Made by a program: the position numbers and the translations under genes. A DNA stretch of 64,000 nucleotides from Candidatus Omnitrophota bacterium (lineage in GTDB: Bacteria > Omnitrophota > Gorgyraeia > Gygaellales > Profunditerraquicolaceae), in NCBI GenBank assembly GCA_041653115.1, contig JBAZGA010000007.1, positions 1,646-65,645 of the forward strand, read 5' to 3'. How positions within the stretch are numbered: the first letter of the stretch is position 1; every line of letters begins with the position of its first letter. Under the pieces are notes generated by a model that saw nothing but the letters and a program-made list of their open reading frames with translations, ran no database searches and was not told where the DNA came from. Below, piece by piece: positions 45,514 to 55,676 of this stretch.

Positions 45514-47157
45514 ATGAATTTAGGCAGACCAAATGCAAACGACGCGGTAGGGACGTTTAACCGTTCAAAGAACGTGGTTCCGGGGTCAGGAATATGCTCG
45601 CGTTGCGTGGACGGCTGTAAAGGTAATTGCGATATTTTCAAAGCCACTTTCCGCGGCAGGGAAGTAATTTATCCCGGGCCTTTTGGCGAGATTACTGCCG
45701 GAGCGGACAAAAATTATCCGGTGGACTATTCCCATTTGAATATCCAGGGGTATGCTTTGGGGGCAAAGGGCTTGGCGGGAGACGCCCAAGGCAACTCTGA
45801 TAATACTAAATTTCCCGATGTGAATACTGAAACAGAATATGGCTGGGATATCAAGGTAAAGATGAAAGTGCCGATTTTTACCGGCGCCTTAGGCTCTACG
45901 GAAATTGCCCGTAAGAATTGGGAACATTTTGCCATCGGCGCTGCGATTTCCGGCGTGACGCTGGTTTGCGGCGAAAATGTCTGTGGCATTGACCCGGGAT
46001 TGGAGCTGGATGCCAAAGGCAAAATCAAGCATTCTCCGGAGATGGACCGGCGCATTGAAACTTATAAGCGCTTCCACGAAGGTTTTGGCGAGATCCTGGT
46101 GCAGATGAACGTTGAGGACACGCGCCTGGGAGTTGCCGAATATGTGCGTAAAAAACATAACTTGCAGACCATTGAATTAAAATGGGGCCAAGGCGCAAAG
46201 TGCATCGGCGGAGAGATAAAAGTAAAGAGCCTGGAAAGGGCGTTAGAATTACAAAAGCGCGGTTATATTGTTACTCCCGACCCTTCTTTGGAAGCCGTGC
46301 AAAAGGCCTTTAAAGACGGGGCAATCAAGGAGTTTGAGCGGCATTCCCGCTTAGGCTTTGTCTCGGAAGAATCTTTCCTGGCCGAGATTAAGCGCTTAAG
46401 GGATTTGGGTTTTAAGCGGATTACCTTAAAGACCGGCGCTTATTCCATGCGCGAGTTGGCAATGGCGATTAAATATTCTTCTTTGGCCAAAATCGATTTA
46501 CTGACTATTGACGGAGCTCCCGGAGGAACAGGAATGAGCCCCTGGCGGATGATGGAGGAATGGGGTATTCCTACCTTTTACCTGGAGGCATTGACCTATG
46601 AATTTGCTCAAAAACTGGCCAGGAAAGGGATGCGTATCCCGGATATTGCCATTGCCGGAGGTTTTTCCACTGAAGACCATGTCTTCAAGGTAATTGCCAT
46701 GGGCGCTCCTTATGTCAAGGCAGTCTGTATGGGCAGGGCCCTGATGATTCCCGGTATGGTCGGTAAAAATATTGCCGAGTGGCTGAAGGAAGATAAGCTT
46801 CCTCCCACGGTTTCAGCTTACGGCAAGACCGAAAAGGAAATATTCGTCTATTACGAAGAATTATTGGATAAGTACGGCAAAGAGATGAAAAATATCCCCC
46901 TGGGTGCAATAGGTATTTATTCTTTTGCGCAAAAGATCAGGGTTGGGCTGCAGCAGCTCATGGCCGGCAGCAGGAATTTCCGGTTGAGTTCAATTTCGCG
47001 GCGCGACCTGATGGCTTTGACCGAAGAGGCAGCCGAAGTTTCCGGTATTCCCTATGTGATGGAGGCTTTTCGTCAGGAGGCAGAGGCAGTACTAAACGGT
47101 AACGGCAGGACGCGAAATTCCAATCACCGCAAGACAAGAGTTATGGCAGGGAGGTAG
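45514..47157 (+). CDS. stand-alone glutamate-synthase FMN-binding domain (GltB domain 2, archaeal-type) protein with N-terminal Cys cluster
   Basis: LLTIDGAPGGTGMSPW... region typical of glutamate synthase central domain; CSRCVDGCKGNC. Confidence 0.6.
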   Translation: MNLGRPNANDAVGTFNRSKNVVPGSGICSRCVDGCKGNCDIFKATFRGREVIYPGPFGEITAGADKNYPVDYSHLNIQGYALGAKGLAGDAQGNSDNTKFPDVNTETEYGWDIKVKMKVPIFTGALGSTEIARKNWEHFAIGAAISGVTLVCGENVCGIDPGLELDAKGKIKHSPEMDRRIETYKRFHEGFGEILVQMNVEDTRLGVAEYVRKKHNLQTIELKWGQGAKCIGGEIKVKSLERALELQKRGYIVTPDPSLEAVQKAFKDGAIKEFERHSRLGFVSEESFLAEIKRLRDLGFKRITLKTGAYSMRELAMAIKYSSLAKIDLLTIDGAPGGTGMSPWRMMEEWGIPTFYLEALTYEFAQKLARKGMRIPDIAIAGGFSTEDHVFKVIAMGAPYVKAVCMGRALMIPGMVGKNIAEWLKEDKLPPTVSAYGKTEKEIFVYYEELLDKYGKEMKNIPLGAIGIYSFAQKIRVGLQQLMAGSRNFRLSSISRRDLMALTEEAAEVSGIPYVMEAFRQEAEAVLNGNGRTRNSNHRKTRVMAGR

Positions 47158-47159
47158 TG

Positions 47160-47333
47160 ATGAAAAACAAAGGTCTCTGCAGCACTTGTAACGCGGACAA
47201 GGCTTGCGTTTTCCAGCGCCGCTTTCCGGTTTTAGAGTGCGAGGAATTTAACGATTTTACAAACCATAAATATGCCGTAAAAATAAAACCGAAAAGGGCC
47301 AATTTCAGCGAAGAAGCAACTGAAGCAGAGTAA
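47160..47333 (+). CDS. possible 57-aa Cys-rich protein (CSTC...C...C) translationally coupled to preceding gene
   Basis: GTGATGA overlap with upstream stop; below ORF-track cutoff. Confidence 0.3.
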   Translation: MKNKGLCSTCNADKACVFQRRFPVLECEEFNDFTNHKYAVKIKPKRANFSEEATEAE

Positions 47334-47434
47334 GAGGCCAACGTAGGCTTAGCACATATTCAGCAACAGGACTAAAGGCGGTCCAAAAATCCAGCGATGG
47401 ACAAAGGGCCGCTTTTTATTTAAAAGAGGGTATT

Positions 47435-47959
47435 ATGCGTTTCGAAGAATTAGTGAAGAAAATCAGTCCGAAGCTGAAGGCAATCGCACATAAGCTTAAC
47501 GGCCGTTTTGCCTATCTTGGCGAAGAAGACTTATGCCAGGAGGCGCTGGCGCATCTCTGGCTGGATTTTCAGCAGGGTAAATTGGACGACAAGACAGAAA
47601 GTTATATTTTGCAAGGTTGTTATTTCCATCTCAAGAATTACCTGCGTAAGGCCGGGGATAAGGCCAGCCTCTTCAGCTTTGAGTTTATGCTCAATGAGGA
47701 GGGAGAAGCCCTTGATTTACAGAATATCCTGCCGCTGGAGAGCGCCGAGCCCGATTACCATTCCCGGTTTCTTATTGAGCAGATCAGGAACGACGGCTTG
47801 ACCAAGAGAGAAAAAGAGGTTTTCGAATTTTCCCTGGAAGGGTTGACCACGCGGGAAATCGGCTTGCGCCTGGGCATTTCTCATGTCCGGGTAGTCAAAT
47901 TGAAGAAAAAAGTTAAAGAGAAATGTAAAAAATATTTAGACGACCCCGCCTTAATCTAG
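47435..47959 (+). CDS. ECF-type sigma-70 family RNA polymerase sigma factor
   Basis: region 2 (DLCQEALAHLW) and region 4 HTH (TTREIGLRLGISHVRV). Confidence 0.6.
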   Translation: MRFEELVKKISPKLKAIAHKLNGRFAYLGEEDLCQEALAHLWLDFQQGKLDDKTESYILQGCYFHLKNYLRKAGDKASLFSFEFMLNEEGEALDLQNILPLESAEPDYHSRFLIEQIRNDGLTKREKEVFEFSLEGLTTREIGLRLGISHVRVVKLKKKVKEKCKKYLDDPALI

Positions 47960-48020
47960 AGCTTTTAATCCCGCCGCTTTTGGTATATAATAAAGATAAG
48001 CTATAAAACATGAATAAAAG

Positions 48021-48716
48021 ATGAAAGAAAAGATTCTGATTGTTGATGACGAAAAAGATATAGTCAGGATGCTTGACTATAACCTGAAGAAGGACGGATT
48101 CAGGACGCTTTCCTGCCATGACGGAGAGGACGCATTGGACCTCGCCGGCCGCGAGCACCCGGACTTAATTATCCTGGACCTGATGCTGCCTGGTATGGAC
48201 GGTTTGGAAGTTTGTAAGACCCTGAAAAAAGAAAATAAAACTTCAAATATCCCGATAATTATGCTGACTGCCAAGGCCCAGGAGGCGGATAAGGTAGTGG
48301 GGTTAGAGTTGGGCGCGGATGATTACGTAACCAAGCCGTTCAGCCCGCGTGAGTTAATTGCCAGGGTAAAGGCGGTTTTACGCCGGGTGAAAGAAAAAGA
48401 AAAATTACCGGAAATTTTAAGGGTCGGCGAATTAACTATCGATTTTTCTAAAATTCAGGCCAGCGTAAAAAATAAACCGCTTGAACTTACCGCAAAGGAA
48501 TTCGAATTGTTAACCGCCTTGCTTAAAGTAAAAGGAAGGGTCCTCTCCCGCGATTATCTTTTAGACAGCATCTGGGGTTTTGACCATGCGCTGGAAATTC
48601 AAACCCGCACTGTTGACGTGCATATCCGGACGCTGCGCAAAAAACTGGGAAAAGAAGCAAAGCGGATTATTACCGTGAAGAACTACGGCTACCGCTTTGA
48701 TACAGATGAAGATTAA
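48021..48716 (+). CDS. phoB: OmpR/PhoB-family response regulator
   Basis: receiver Asp in IILDLMLPGMDG, winged-helix C-terminus; genomic context with phoR/pst. Confidence 0.8.
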   Translation: MKEKILIVDDEKDIVRMLDYNLKKDGFRTLSCHDGEDALDLAGREHPDLIILDLMLPGMDGLEVCKTLKKENKTSNIPIIMLTAKAQEADKVVGLELGADDYVTKPFSPRELIARVKAVLRRVKEKEKLPEILRVGELTIDFSKIQASVKNKPLELTAKEFELLTALLKVKGRVLSRDYLLDSIWGFDHALEIQTRTVDVHIRTLRKKLGKEAKRIITVKNYGYRFDTDED

Positions 48717-50484
48717 GAAGCACAGCCTTAAATTAAAATTAATCTTTTCTTATGTCCTCATCATCGCGCTTTCTTTCGGGCTCGCCGCCTATTTTTTAAA
48801 CAGAAATCTAGAAGAAAATTCCCTGCGGGAAATTAAATCCTCGTTAATCAGCCAGGGCTGGTTGGTTGTAGCCCAAATCCCTCAAGACGACATCAAGAAT
48901 GGAAACACGCCACGCCTGCAAACATTAGCAAAGACTTTAAGTGCAAGTATAAAATCCCGCTTGACTATAATCAGTAGACAAGGCAAGGTTTTAGCCGATT
49001 CTGAAAAACCGGAAAGCGGTGTTCTGAAGATGGAGAACCACGCCCAGCGGCCGGAAATAAAAGAAGCTTTAGCCGGGGCAATCGGAGAAGAAATCCGCTA
49101 TTCTTCAACACTTAAGATGGATATGCTTTATGTGGCTTTGCCCGTCCCGGAGAAAGGCCAAATTTTAGGCGTAGTCCGCTTAGCGCTTCCTCTTGCCAGC
49201 GTGCAAAAAACATTATTCAGCGTAAGAAAAGCAATTTTATTCAGCATCCTTTTTGCTTTAGGTTTAAGTCTTGTCCTGGGTTCTTTATTGACGCAGGCGA
49301 CGATTAAACCGATTAATAAGATTATCCTTGCTTCGCGTAGATTCTCCGCGGGAGAATTCAGCCATAAAATATTAATTGATACCCGGGATGAAATCGGGGA
49401 GCTCGCGGCTACCTTAAATAAGATGGCAGAAGGGCTGGAGGCTAAAATTAAGGAAGTAGAAATACAGAACCAGCACCTCAGGGCAATCTTACGGACTATG
49501 GTAGAGGGTATTATCGTTACGGATAAGTCCGGCCGCATTATTTCGATTAATCCTACGGTGGAAAAGATATTTAATATTACTCAACAAGGCGCTGAAGGCA
49601 AGCTTCTTCTGGAAGCGGTGCGCAATAACGACATTGCGGAGATTATCAACGCTGTTTTAAAAAACGGTAAATTTATCTCCCAGGAGCTTAATCTGGTATT
49701 GCCGGCGCAGGGGATATTTAAAATTAACGCCTCTCCTATTTTTGAAAAAGACGCGGTAATCGGATGTTTATTGGTAATTCACGACATAACCGAAATGCGC
49801 AGGTTAGAAACGATGCGCCGTGATTTTGTGGCTAATGTTTCACACGAATTAAAGACGCCGCTTACCTCTATTAAGGGGTTTGTAGAGACGCTCCTTGAGG
49901 GAGCGATGGAAGACAGGGAAAACAGCCGCCATTTTTTGGGGATTATCCAGAATCATAGTGAGCGGCTGAATAACCTGATCAATGATTTACTCGACCTTTC
50001 GCACATTGAATCCAGAGAAATAAAATTAGAAATCACCGATTTCAGCCTGCGGGGATTGACGGAAGAGGTCTTATCCGGTTTTAAGTCAAAAGCTAAAGAG
50101 AAGGCCCTTGAGATAACCAACGCATTAGATAAGGCTTTATCGGTGAAGGCGGACAAAGATAAGATAGAGCAGGTTCTGACTAACCTGGCGGATAATGCGA
50201 TTAAGTTCAACCGGCAGAACGGGACGGTTAGGATTTATTCCGAGGGCTTAGGAGAAAAGATCAAGGTTACCATAGAAGATTCCGGTATCGGCATCCCTGC
50301 CAAAGATCTCTCCCGCATCTTTGAGCGTTTTTACCGCGTGGATAAAGCGCGCTCGCGCGAATTAGGCGGCACGGGCCTGGGGCTTTCCATCGTCAAGCAT
50401 ATCGTAGAATTGCACGGCGGTTCGGTCGGCGTCGAAAGCAGCGAGGGCCTAGGCTCAAAATTCTGGTTCACCCTTCCGCAGTAA
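48697..50484 (+). CDS. phoR: sensor histidine kinase PhoR-like (TM, HAMP, PAS, HisKA, HATPase)
   Basis: ANVSHELKTPL H-box, GTGLGLSIVK G-box. Confidence 0.8.
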   Translation: MIQMKIKKHSLKLKLIFSYVLIIALSFGLAAYFLNRNLEENSLREIKSSLISQGWLVVAQIPQDDIKNGNTPRLQTLAKTLSASIKSRLTIISRQGKVLADSEKPESGVLKMENHAQRPEIKEALAGAIGEEIRYSSTLKMDMLYVALPVPEKGQILGVVRLALPLASVQKTLFSVRKAILFSILFALGLSLVLGSLLTQATIKPINKIILASRRFSAGEFSHKILIDTRDEIGELAATLNKMAEGLEAKIKEVEIQNQHLRAILRTMVEGIIVTDKSGRIISINPTVEKIFNITQQGAEGKLLLEAVRNNDIAEIINAVLKNGKFISQELNLVLPAQGIFKINASPIFEKDAVIGCLLVIHDITEMRRLETMRRDFVANVSHELKTPLTSIKGFVETLLEGAMEDRENSRHFLGIIQNHSERLNNLINDLLDLSHIESREIKLEITDFSLRGLTEEVLSGFKSKAKEKALEITNALDKALSVKADKDKIEQVLTNLADNAIKFNRQNGTVRIYSEGLGEKIKVTIEDSGIGIPAKDLSRIFERFYRVDKARSRELGGTGLGLSIVKHIVELHGGSVGVESSEGLGSKFWFTLPQ

Positions 50485-50752
50485 GCGGACACCAAACCAT
50501 CCGATAGGTTTGGGGGCTCCGTATTGACCTTCTGATTTTACCCACTTTTTACTTATCCTTGAAGCAGATTTAATCCCTCCAGTTTATACTTTAGGCGTGA
50601 TGAAAATCTTTCGCAAGTTTATAATCCGTTTTAAAAAATTTCTAATGGCGATTATCGCCGAAGAGATTGAGGCGATGGACAGCTTCTATAAACAATATGC
50701 CTAGAAATCATTATGAAAAATATGAAGACAGGAAGGAGGTGAAGAAAAGGGC

Positions 50753-50950
50753 ATGGAAACTATCTCACCTATACGCAGGGAGTTTGTGGCCAGCCACCTG
50801 CGTTCTCAGCTAGAAAGGTTGCGCAGAGTAGTCGGCAATATTGAAGTTGAGGACGCCAGAGACCGCTTTTACGCCAAGGAATCCCTCAGAGAAATAGAGG
50901 CGAATCTCCGCCGGATAAGAAAGTTGAACATGAATCACTATCATCATTAG
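50753..50950 (+). CDS. hypothetical 65-aa protein
   Basis: GGAGG RBS; helical, His-rich end NMNHYHH. Confidence 0.3.
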   Translation: METISPIRREFVASHLRSQLERLRRVVGNIEVEDARDRFYAKESLREIEANLRRIRKLNMNHYHH

Positions 50951-50969
50951 GTAAAGGGAGGAAAGAGAA

Positions 50970-52262
50970 ATGAAAAAGCTGTTATGTCTGATATTGGCAG
51001 TGTGTTTTTGGGTATCGTTGATAATAACCAATTCCTATGCCGGAGAAATTGACATCCTTTTGCAGAAGTTGGTCGAAAAGGGTGTTTTAACCGGCGCAGA
51101 AGCCCAGCAGATTAAGGTTGAGACCAAAGAGGCGGTTAAGAAAGAAATCGTTGCAGGTAAATCCGAAACTTTGCCCGCCTGGGTTCAGGCAATCAAGATA
51201 AAGGGGGATTTCAGGGGAAGGTATCAGTATAACCACGGCAAATCAACAGCCACTTCGACAACCGAGCGCCACAGGGCGCGCATCAGATTACGCCTCGGCG
51301 TGGAAGGTAAGGTAAATGACAAGCTGAAAGTCGGCGTTGGTTTGGCTACGGGCTTAAATTCGACCGAGAGTAGCAGTACGTTAAGCGCTGATTATGCGCG
51401 CTCGACGAACCAGACTTTATATGAAGGTTTTTCAAAGAAAGGCATAGGTCTGGATTATGCTTATGCCGAATACGCGTTTTCGCCCTGGGGCAATTTTATC
51501 GGCGGCAAATTTAAGAATCCCCTCTGGGAGCCGGGTGACCTGATTTGGGATACGGATATAAATCCTGAGGGCGCAGCGCTTAATTTAAATAAGAAATTAA
51601 TGCTGGGCGGGTTAGGATTAAACGTATTCTCTACTACGGGAGTTTTCCCTCTTGATGAAAGTAGCTCTAGCGGAGACGATCCGATGATGTATGTCCAGCA
51701 AGCGGGATTAACCCATAATTTAACCGATACCATATCACTGAAAACCGCACTGGCTTATATGTATACCTCAACGCAAGGAGACACCCTGGACGGCACCACA
51801 AGCACAAATACTACTCCCCTTGAAGACTTCAGTATGTTGACTCCTGCCGTAGAGCTGAAATTCAAGGAGCCTTTTAAGTTTCTGGGTGTGGGTTTCTTAA
51901 ACATACCGAGCTTGACGCTTTTCGGAGAATATGTAAAGAATACCCATGCGCCGAATGACAAGAAGGATACCGGCTTTATGACCGGCTTAAAATTTGGCGC
52001 GGAAAAGATAGAAGGCTGGGGAGATTGGCAGGCAAGTTATAACTTTGCCGCTTTACAAAAAGATGCCATATTGGATATATTGCCTGATTCTGACCGTTAT
52101 GGCGGACAGACCGGTGTAAGGGCCCATGAAGCCAAGTTTTCATACGGATTAGGCAAGAATACCTGGTTTGATTTGGATATCTACCGGGCTCAAAGATGGC
52201 GTGCCGGAGTTGCCAGGGCTCCAGAGACAGTATTTCAGGCGGATTGGAACATGAAATTTTAG
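50970..52262 (+). CDS. outer-membrane porin (signal peptide, N-terminal helical segment, barrel ending in Phe); likely phosphate-associated by context
   Basis: architecture similar to porin at 3410; terminal ...WNMKF; upstream of pstS. Confidence 0.5.
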   Translation: MKKLLCLILAVCFWVSLIITNSYAGEIDILLQKLVEKGVLTGAEAQQIKVETKEAVKKEIVAGKSETLPAWVQAIKIKGDFRGRYQYNHGKSTATSTTERHRARIRLRLGVEGKVNDKLKVGVGLATGLNSTESSSTLSADYARSTNQTLYEGFSKKGIGLDYAYAEYAFSPWGNFIGGKFKNPLWEPGDLIWDTDINPEGAALNLNKKLMLGGLGLNVFSTTGVFPLDESSSSGDDPMMYVQQAGLTHNLTDTISLKTALAYMYTSTQGDTLDGTTSTNTTPLEDFSMLTPAVELKFKEPFKFLGVGFLNIPSLTLFGEYVKNTHAPNDKKDTGFMTGLKFGAEKIEGWGDWQASYNFAALQKDAILDILPDSDRYGGQTGVRAHEAKFSYGLGKNTWFDLDIYRAQRWRAGVARAPETVFQADWNMKF

Positions 52263-52286
52263 GCAGGATAAAGGAGGATTATACAA

Positions 52287-53099
52287 ATGAAAGCGATAGG
52301 TAAATTACTGCTTCTCGGTTTAATGATGGCCGGTCTTGTGCTTCCCTGTTACGCGGAAAAAATTGTTATTGAAGGCTCGACTACGGTTTTGCCCATTGCT
52401 CAAAAAGCAGCCGAAGAATTTATGGATATGCATTCGGGAGCGAATCTTTCCGTACGCGGCGGCGGCTCAAGCGTGGGTATTGCCTCGATGATTGACGGAA
52501 CATGCGATATCGCGGACGCATCGCGCGCGATTAAAGATACGGAATTAGATAAAGCAATGACCAACGGCCGAGACCCGGTTGCGCATATCGTGGCTATGGA
52601 CGGGATAGCGGTAATAGTCCATCCCTCAAGCAGAATAAATGCGTTGAGCAAAAAACAGGTGAAAGCAATTTTTACCGGCCAAATTTCAGACTGGTCGCAG
52701 GTCGGCGGACAGCCCGGGAAAATCGTGGCGATTTCCCGCGATTCATCAAGCGGGACCTACGAAGCATTCGGAGAACTGGTATTGGATAAACAAAAGCCCA
52801 GGGCCGATGCCTTATTACAAGCCTCTAATCAGGCAGTTACCCAGACAGTGGCGAGGACGCCTGCTGCAATCGGGTATGTAGGATTAGGCTATGTCTCTTC
52901 TTCGGTTAAGGCGCTGGAAATCGATGGCGTGATGCCTTCAAAAGAGACGGTCCTTTCCGGTAAATATCCCGTTACGAGACCTCTGTTTATGTACACAAAT
53001 GGACAGCCGCAAGGCGCGATAAAAGAGTTTATGGACTTTGTGAAAAGTGAACAGGGACAAAGAATCGCCGAGGAGGAAGGATTTGTGGGGTTAAAGTAG
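52287..53099 (+). CDS. pstS: phosphate ABC transporter substrate-binding protein
   Basis: signal peptide, GSTTV...RGGGSSVG motif. Confidence 0.8.
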   Translation: MKAIGKLLLLGLMMAGLVLPCYAEKIVIEGSTTVLPIAQKAAEEFMDMHSGANLSVRGGGSSVGIASMIDGTCDIADASRAIKDTELDKAMTNGRDPVAHIVAMDGIAVIVHPSSRINALSKKQVKAIFTGQISDWSQVGGQPGKIVAISRDSSSGTYEAFGELVLDKQKPRADALLQASNQAVTQTVARTPAAIGYVGLGYVSSSVKALEIDGVMPSKETVLSGKYPVTRPLFMYTNGQPQGAIKEFMDFVKSEQGQRIAEEEGFVGLK

Positions 53100-53156
53100 G
53101 CAATAAGCGTTTACTCATTTAACCTCAGAGAGCACGGCAGGAAGAGCTTTTCTGCC

Positions 53157-54065
53157 GTGTTCTCGCATGAGATTAACGAAATGGTTCGCTTAAAAGAAAA
53201 AATTTATCAATGGATATTTAGTATTCTGGCGTTTTCCTCCTTATTTTTCCTGGTCGGCATTATCATCGTTCTTTTTAAAGAGTCGCTGCCCCTGTTCAGT
53301 AAAATAAAACTCTCGAGTTTTCTCTTTGGTAAGTCGTGGTACCCAACATTTGACCCTGCGGAATTCGGCATTCTGCCTTTGATATTGGCTTCGCTATGGG
53401 TGACATTTGGAGCTTTGCTTGTCTGCGTGCCTTTAGGAATAGGAAGCGCCTTGTATTTGAATGAGTTAGCCGGACACAAGCAAAAGGCGATATTAAAGCC
53501 GTTAATTGAAATATTGGCAAGTATCCCTTCTATTGTCTACGGGTTTTTTGGAATGGTGGTGATGGCGCCTTTCCTGCAGAACCTGCTGGATTTGCCTATC
53601 GGCTTATGCGCTTTTACCGCAAGTATAATTTTAGGTATTATGGCTGTTCCTACTGTCTGCAGCATTGCCGAAGACGCCTTGAGTTACGTCCCGGCAGCTT
53701 TTAGAGAAGCATCCTTTGCCCTGGGCGCTAATCGCTGGCAGACATTAATCAAGGTAGTAATACCTGCTGCCGGCTCGGGAATCTCTACGGCAATTATTTT
53801 GGGTATCAGCAGGGCAATCGGGGAAACGATGACGGTTTTAATGGTCGCCGGAGGCGCTGCGGTCATTCCCAAATCTTTCTTTGATCCGGTCAGGCCGATG
53901 ACCGCAGCTATTGCCGCAGAGATGGGCGAAGCTCCTCTTGGGAGCCTGCATTATCACGCGCTATTCAGCATCGCGCTTATTTTATTTCTGGTTACCTTTG
54001 TCTTTAATATCATTGCTGAATTAATCAGCAGAAGATTCAGGTTAAAACTGGGATTGGCAGGATGA
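53157..54065 (+). CDS. pstC: phosphate ABC transporter permease PstC
   Basis: 6 TM, EAA-like loop; ATGA overlap with pstA. Confidence 0.8.
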   Translation: MFSHEINEMVRLKEKIYQWIFSILAFSSLFFLVGIIIVLFKESLPLFSKIKLSSFLFGKSWYPTFDPAEFGILPLILASLWVTFGALLVCVPLGIGSALYLNELAGHKQKAILKPLIEILASIPSIVYGFFGMVVMAPFLQNLLDLPIGLCAFTASIILGIMAVPTVCSIAEDALSYVPAAFREASFALGANRWQTLIKVVIPAAGSGISTAIILGISRAIGETMTVLMVAGGAAVIPKSFFDPVRPMTAAIAAEMGEAPLGSLHYHALFSIALILFLVTFVFNIIAELISRRFRLKLGLAG

Positions 54066-54910
54066 AGAAAGATATTACGCAGAATGTCGGGTTTGCTTTT
54101 CTGATTATGTGCATATTGATTACTTTGTTTTTTCTTTGCGCAATCATTTATTTTATCGGGATAAGGGGGATAAAGGTCATATCCTGGGAGTTTCTCACTC
54201 AATCTCCCCGGGCTGCGATGACCAGGGGCGGGGTTGCCCCGGCAATCGAAGGACCGTTTTAACTTACTCTGGGAGCGATTTTATTTGCCCTTCCCTTAGG
54301 GCTAGCATGCGCAATTTATCTTTGCGAATATAGCCCTAAGGGTTTTGCCGTCAACATCATCCGCATGAGTATTAATAACCTGGCGGGAGTGCCTTCCGTA
54401 GTCTTCGGCCTTTTTGGCCTGGCGGTATTCGTAAAATTCTTTGGCTTCGGAGTATCCATGCTTTCGGGAAGCCTCACCCTTGGCATACTCGTATTTCCCT
54501 TGATAATTTCCGCAGCCCAGGAAGCGCTCCTGGCAGTACCGCTTTCGCTGCGCGAGGCGTCGCTGGCATTAGGCGCAACTCAATGGCAGACGATTAAAAA
54601 AGTAGTTTTACCCACTGCGCTTCCCGGGTTACTTACCGGAGTAATCTTAAGTATCGGCAGGATCGCCGGAGAAACCGCCCCGATTCTTTTTACTGCCGCG
54701 GCATTTTATCTGCGGGGATATCCCCGGTCGATATTTTCTGAAGTCATGGCCCTGCCTTATCATATTTATGCGCTGATGACGGAAGGGACCCACCCCCGGG
54801 AGCAGACGGCAATTGCCTACGGTTGCAGCCTGATACTTTTATTCTTGGTTTTATTAGTTTCGGGTATTGCCATTATTATGCGTCAGAAGCAGAGGAGCAT
54901 GCATGGATAG
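54062..54910 (+). pseudogene. pstA: phosphate ABC transporter permease PstA interrupted by a single in-frame TAA (54260-54262); both halves in same frame
   Basis: translation reads ...AIEGPF*LTLGAILFALPLGLACAIYLCEYSPKG... continuous PstA sequence across the stop. Confidence 0.65.
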
Positions 54911-55667
54911 CGCAGTAAAAATGAGAGCGCAAAACGTAAATTTCTTTTACGGCAAAACGCAAGCGCTTAAGAATATTAATCTGGTTGTTTATTCCAATAA
55001 AGTTACCGCGATCATCGGGCCTTCGGGATGCGGAAAGTCAACATTCATCAGGCAGCTTAACCGGATGAATGAATTGATCGCCAATACGCGCTGCGAAGGA
55101 GAAATTACTTTAGACGGAACGGATATCTGTTGCGACAGCATAATAGATGCGGTAGAGGTCAGGAGGCGCATCGGCATGGTTTTTCAAAAACCCAACCCCT
55201 TTCCCAAGAGCATCTTTGAAAATATAGCTTACGGGTTACAGGTAAACGGCATAAAAGACAGGCAGTTTATCGAAGATAGGGTTGTTGAATCGTTAAAGAG
55301 GGCGGTGCTCTGGGAGGAAGTTAAGGGCCGCTTACATGAGAGCGCTTTAAAGCTTTCGGGTGGACAACAACAAAGACTTTGCATTGCCCGCTGCCTGGCG
55401 GTGGAGCCGGAGGTAATACTTTTTGATGAGCCCTGCGCCAGCCTTGATCCCATTTCTACGGGAAAAATTGAGGAGCTGATCCTTGAATTAAAAAAAGATT
55501 ACAGCATCGTGATTGTCACGCACAATATGCAGCAGGCGGCCCGCGTCTCGGATTACACCGGATTTTTTCTCCTGGGCGAATTGATAGAATTTGGAAAAAC
55601 CGAAGACATATTTACCAAACCCCGGGACAAACGCACGGAAGATTATATTACCGGAAGGTATGGTTAA
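54903..55667 (+). CDS. pstB: phosphate ABC transporter ATPase
   Basis: Walker [10 protein letters not shown], signature LSGGQQQRL, Walker B ILFDEP. Confidence 0.85.
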   Translation: MDSAVKMRAQNVNFFYGKTQALKNINLVVYSNKVTAIIGPSGCGKSTFIRQLNRMNELIANTRCEGEITLDGTDICCDSIIDAVEVRRRIGMVFQKPNPFPKSIFENIAYGLQVNGIKDRQFIEDRVVESLKRAVLWEEVKGRLHESALKLSGGQQQRLCIARCLAVEPEVILFDEPCASLDPISTGKIEELILELKKDYSIVIVTHNMQQAARVSDYTGFFLLGELIEFGKTEDIFTKPRDKRTEDYITGRYG

Positions 55668-55676
55668 GGAGGCCAG

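Noticed and set aside
54260-54262. Possibility that TAA is a reassigned sense codon in this organism
   Set aside because: The large majority of genes in the window terminate with TAA at positions consistent with homologue lengths, so TAA functions as stop.
54109-54333. 74-aa + strand ORF in alternative frame across the pstA in-frame stop
   Set aside because: Its translation has no PstA similarity. The PstA sequence continues in the original frame across the TAA, so this is not a frameshift rescue.
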